A stretch of 24,422 nucleotides of DNA from a virus. Taxonomy: Duplodnaviria > Caudoviricetes. The stretch covers positions 1 to 24,422 of IMG/VR virus record IMGVR_UViG_3300020045_004810. One strand, written 5' to 3'. A model generated the notes under the pieces. The model searched no databases, was not told the DNA's origin, and was given only the letters and a program-made list of their open reading frames with translations. Made by a program: the position numbers and the translations under genes. Shown piece after piece: positions 24,258 through 24,422 of this stretch; position 1 is the first letter of the stretch; every line of letters begins with the position of its first letter.

Positions 24258-24375
24258 ACAAGAAAACGCTGTCTATTACCTAAAAGATTCTATAACAGAG
24301 GAATTACTTTCCAGCGTTACAGCAAAGGAAATGACGAACAGTTTTATTTATCTGTATGGTCGGGGAAGCCCGTAG
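24241..24375 (+). pseudogene. terL: Terminase large subunit N-terminus, interrupted after about 23 codons by a duplicated segment
   Basis: MNLLPKQENAVYYLKDSITEELL overlaps the terS end and stops just short of the expected Walker A. The frame then enters the duplicated sequence and ends at TAG 24373-24375. Confidence 0.65.
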
Positions 24376-24422
24376 TTGTCGATCGTAAGACTTCTGCATC
24401 TATTCGTATAAATGAACCTGTT
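24305..24422 (+). repeat. Exact 118-bp direct copy of 21274-21391, running off the window end
   Basis: Base-by-base identity from TACTTTCCAGCG to AATGAACCTGTT; offset 3031 bp. Confidence 0.97.

Noticed and set aside
21274-24422. Diversity-generating retroelement TR/VR pair
   Set aside because: The two copies are 100% identical with no adenine-specific mismatches, and no reverse transcriptase is present.
1-24422. Stop-codon reassignment
   Set aside because: Long genes are intact in code 11, and TAA, TGA and TAG all occur as stops at tightly packed gene junctions.

Overview
AT-rich segment of a tailed (siphovirus-like) phage genome. The host is inferred to be Bacteroidota from TAnnTTTG-type promoters, A-rich translation starts and the gene families present. 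Order: end of tape measure, tail protein, tail-tube-like protein, beta-helix tail spike, an expanded lysis cassette (small Cys-pair peptide, three polytopic membrane proteins, GH108 endolysin, 2-TM holin-like protein, unimolecular spanin), then an early/middle region (Rad52/Sak-like annealase, exonuclease, HTH regulators, DUF3987 ATPase, iteron-type origin, VRR-NUC nuclease), terS and the start of terL. terL is broken by an exact 118-bp copy of 21274-21391. Three leftward cassettes of small genes are interleaved with the rightward modules. The most unusual signal is three minus-strand tRNA-shaped elements (2643-2705, 10095-10206, 10298-10344). All keep the acceptor stem and T-arm, but none has a canonical anticodon arm. 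Two lie in an ORF-free unit of about 355 nt bounded by a promoter and a terminator. No integrase, reverse transcriptase or CRISPR array is visible. Family assignments come from motif recognition, not database searches.
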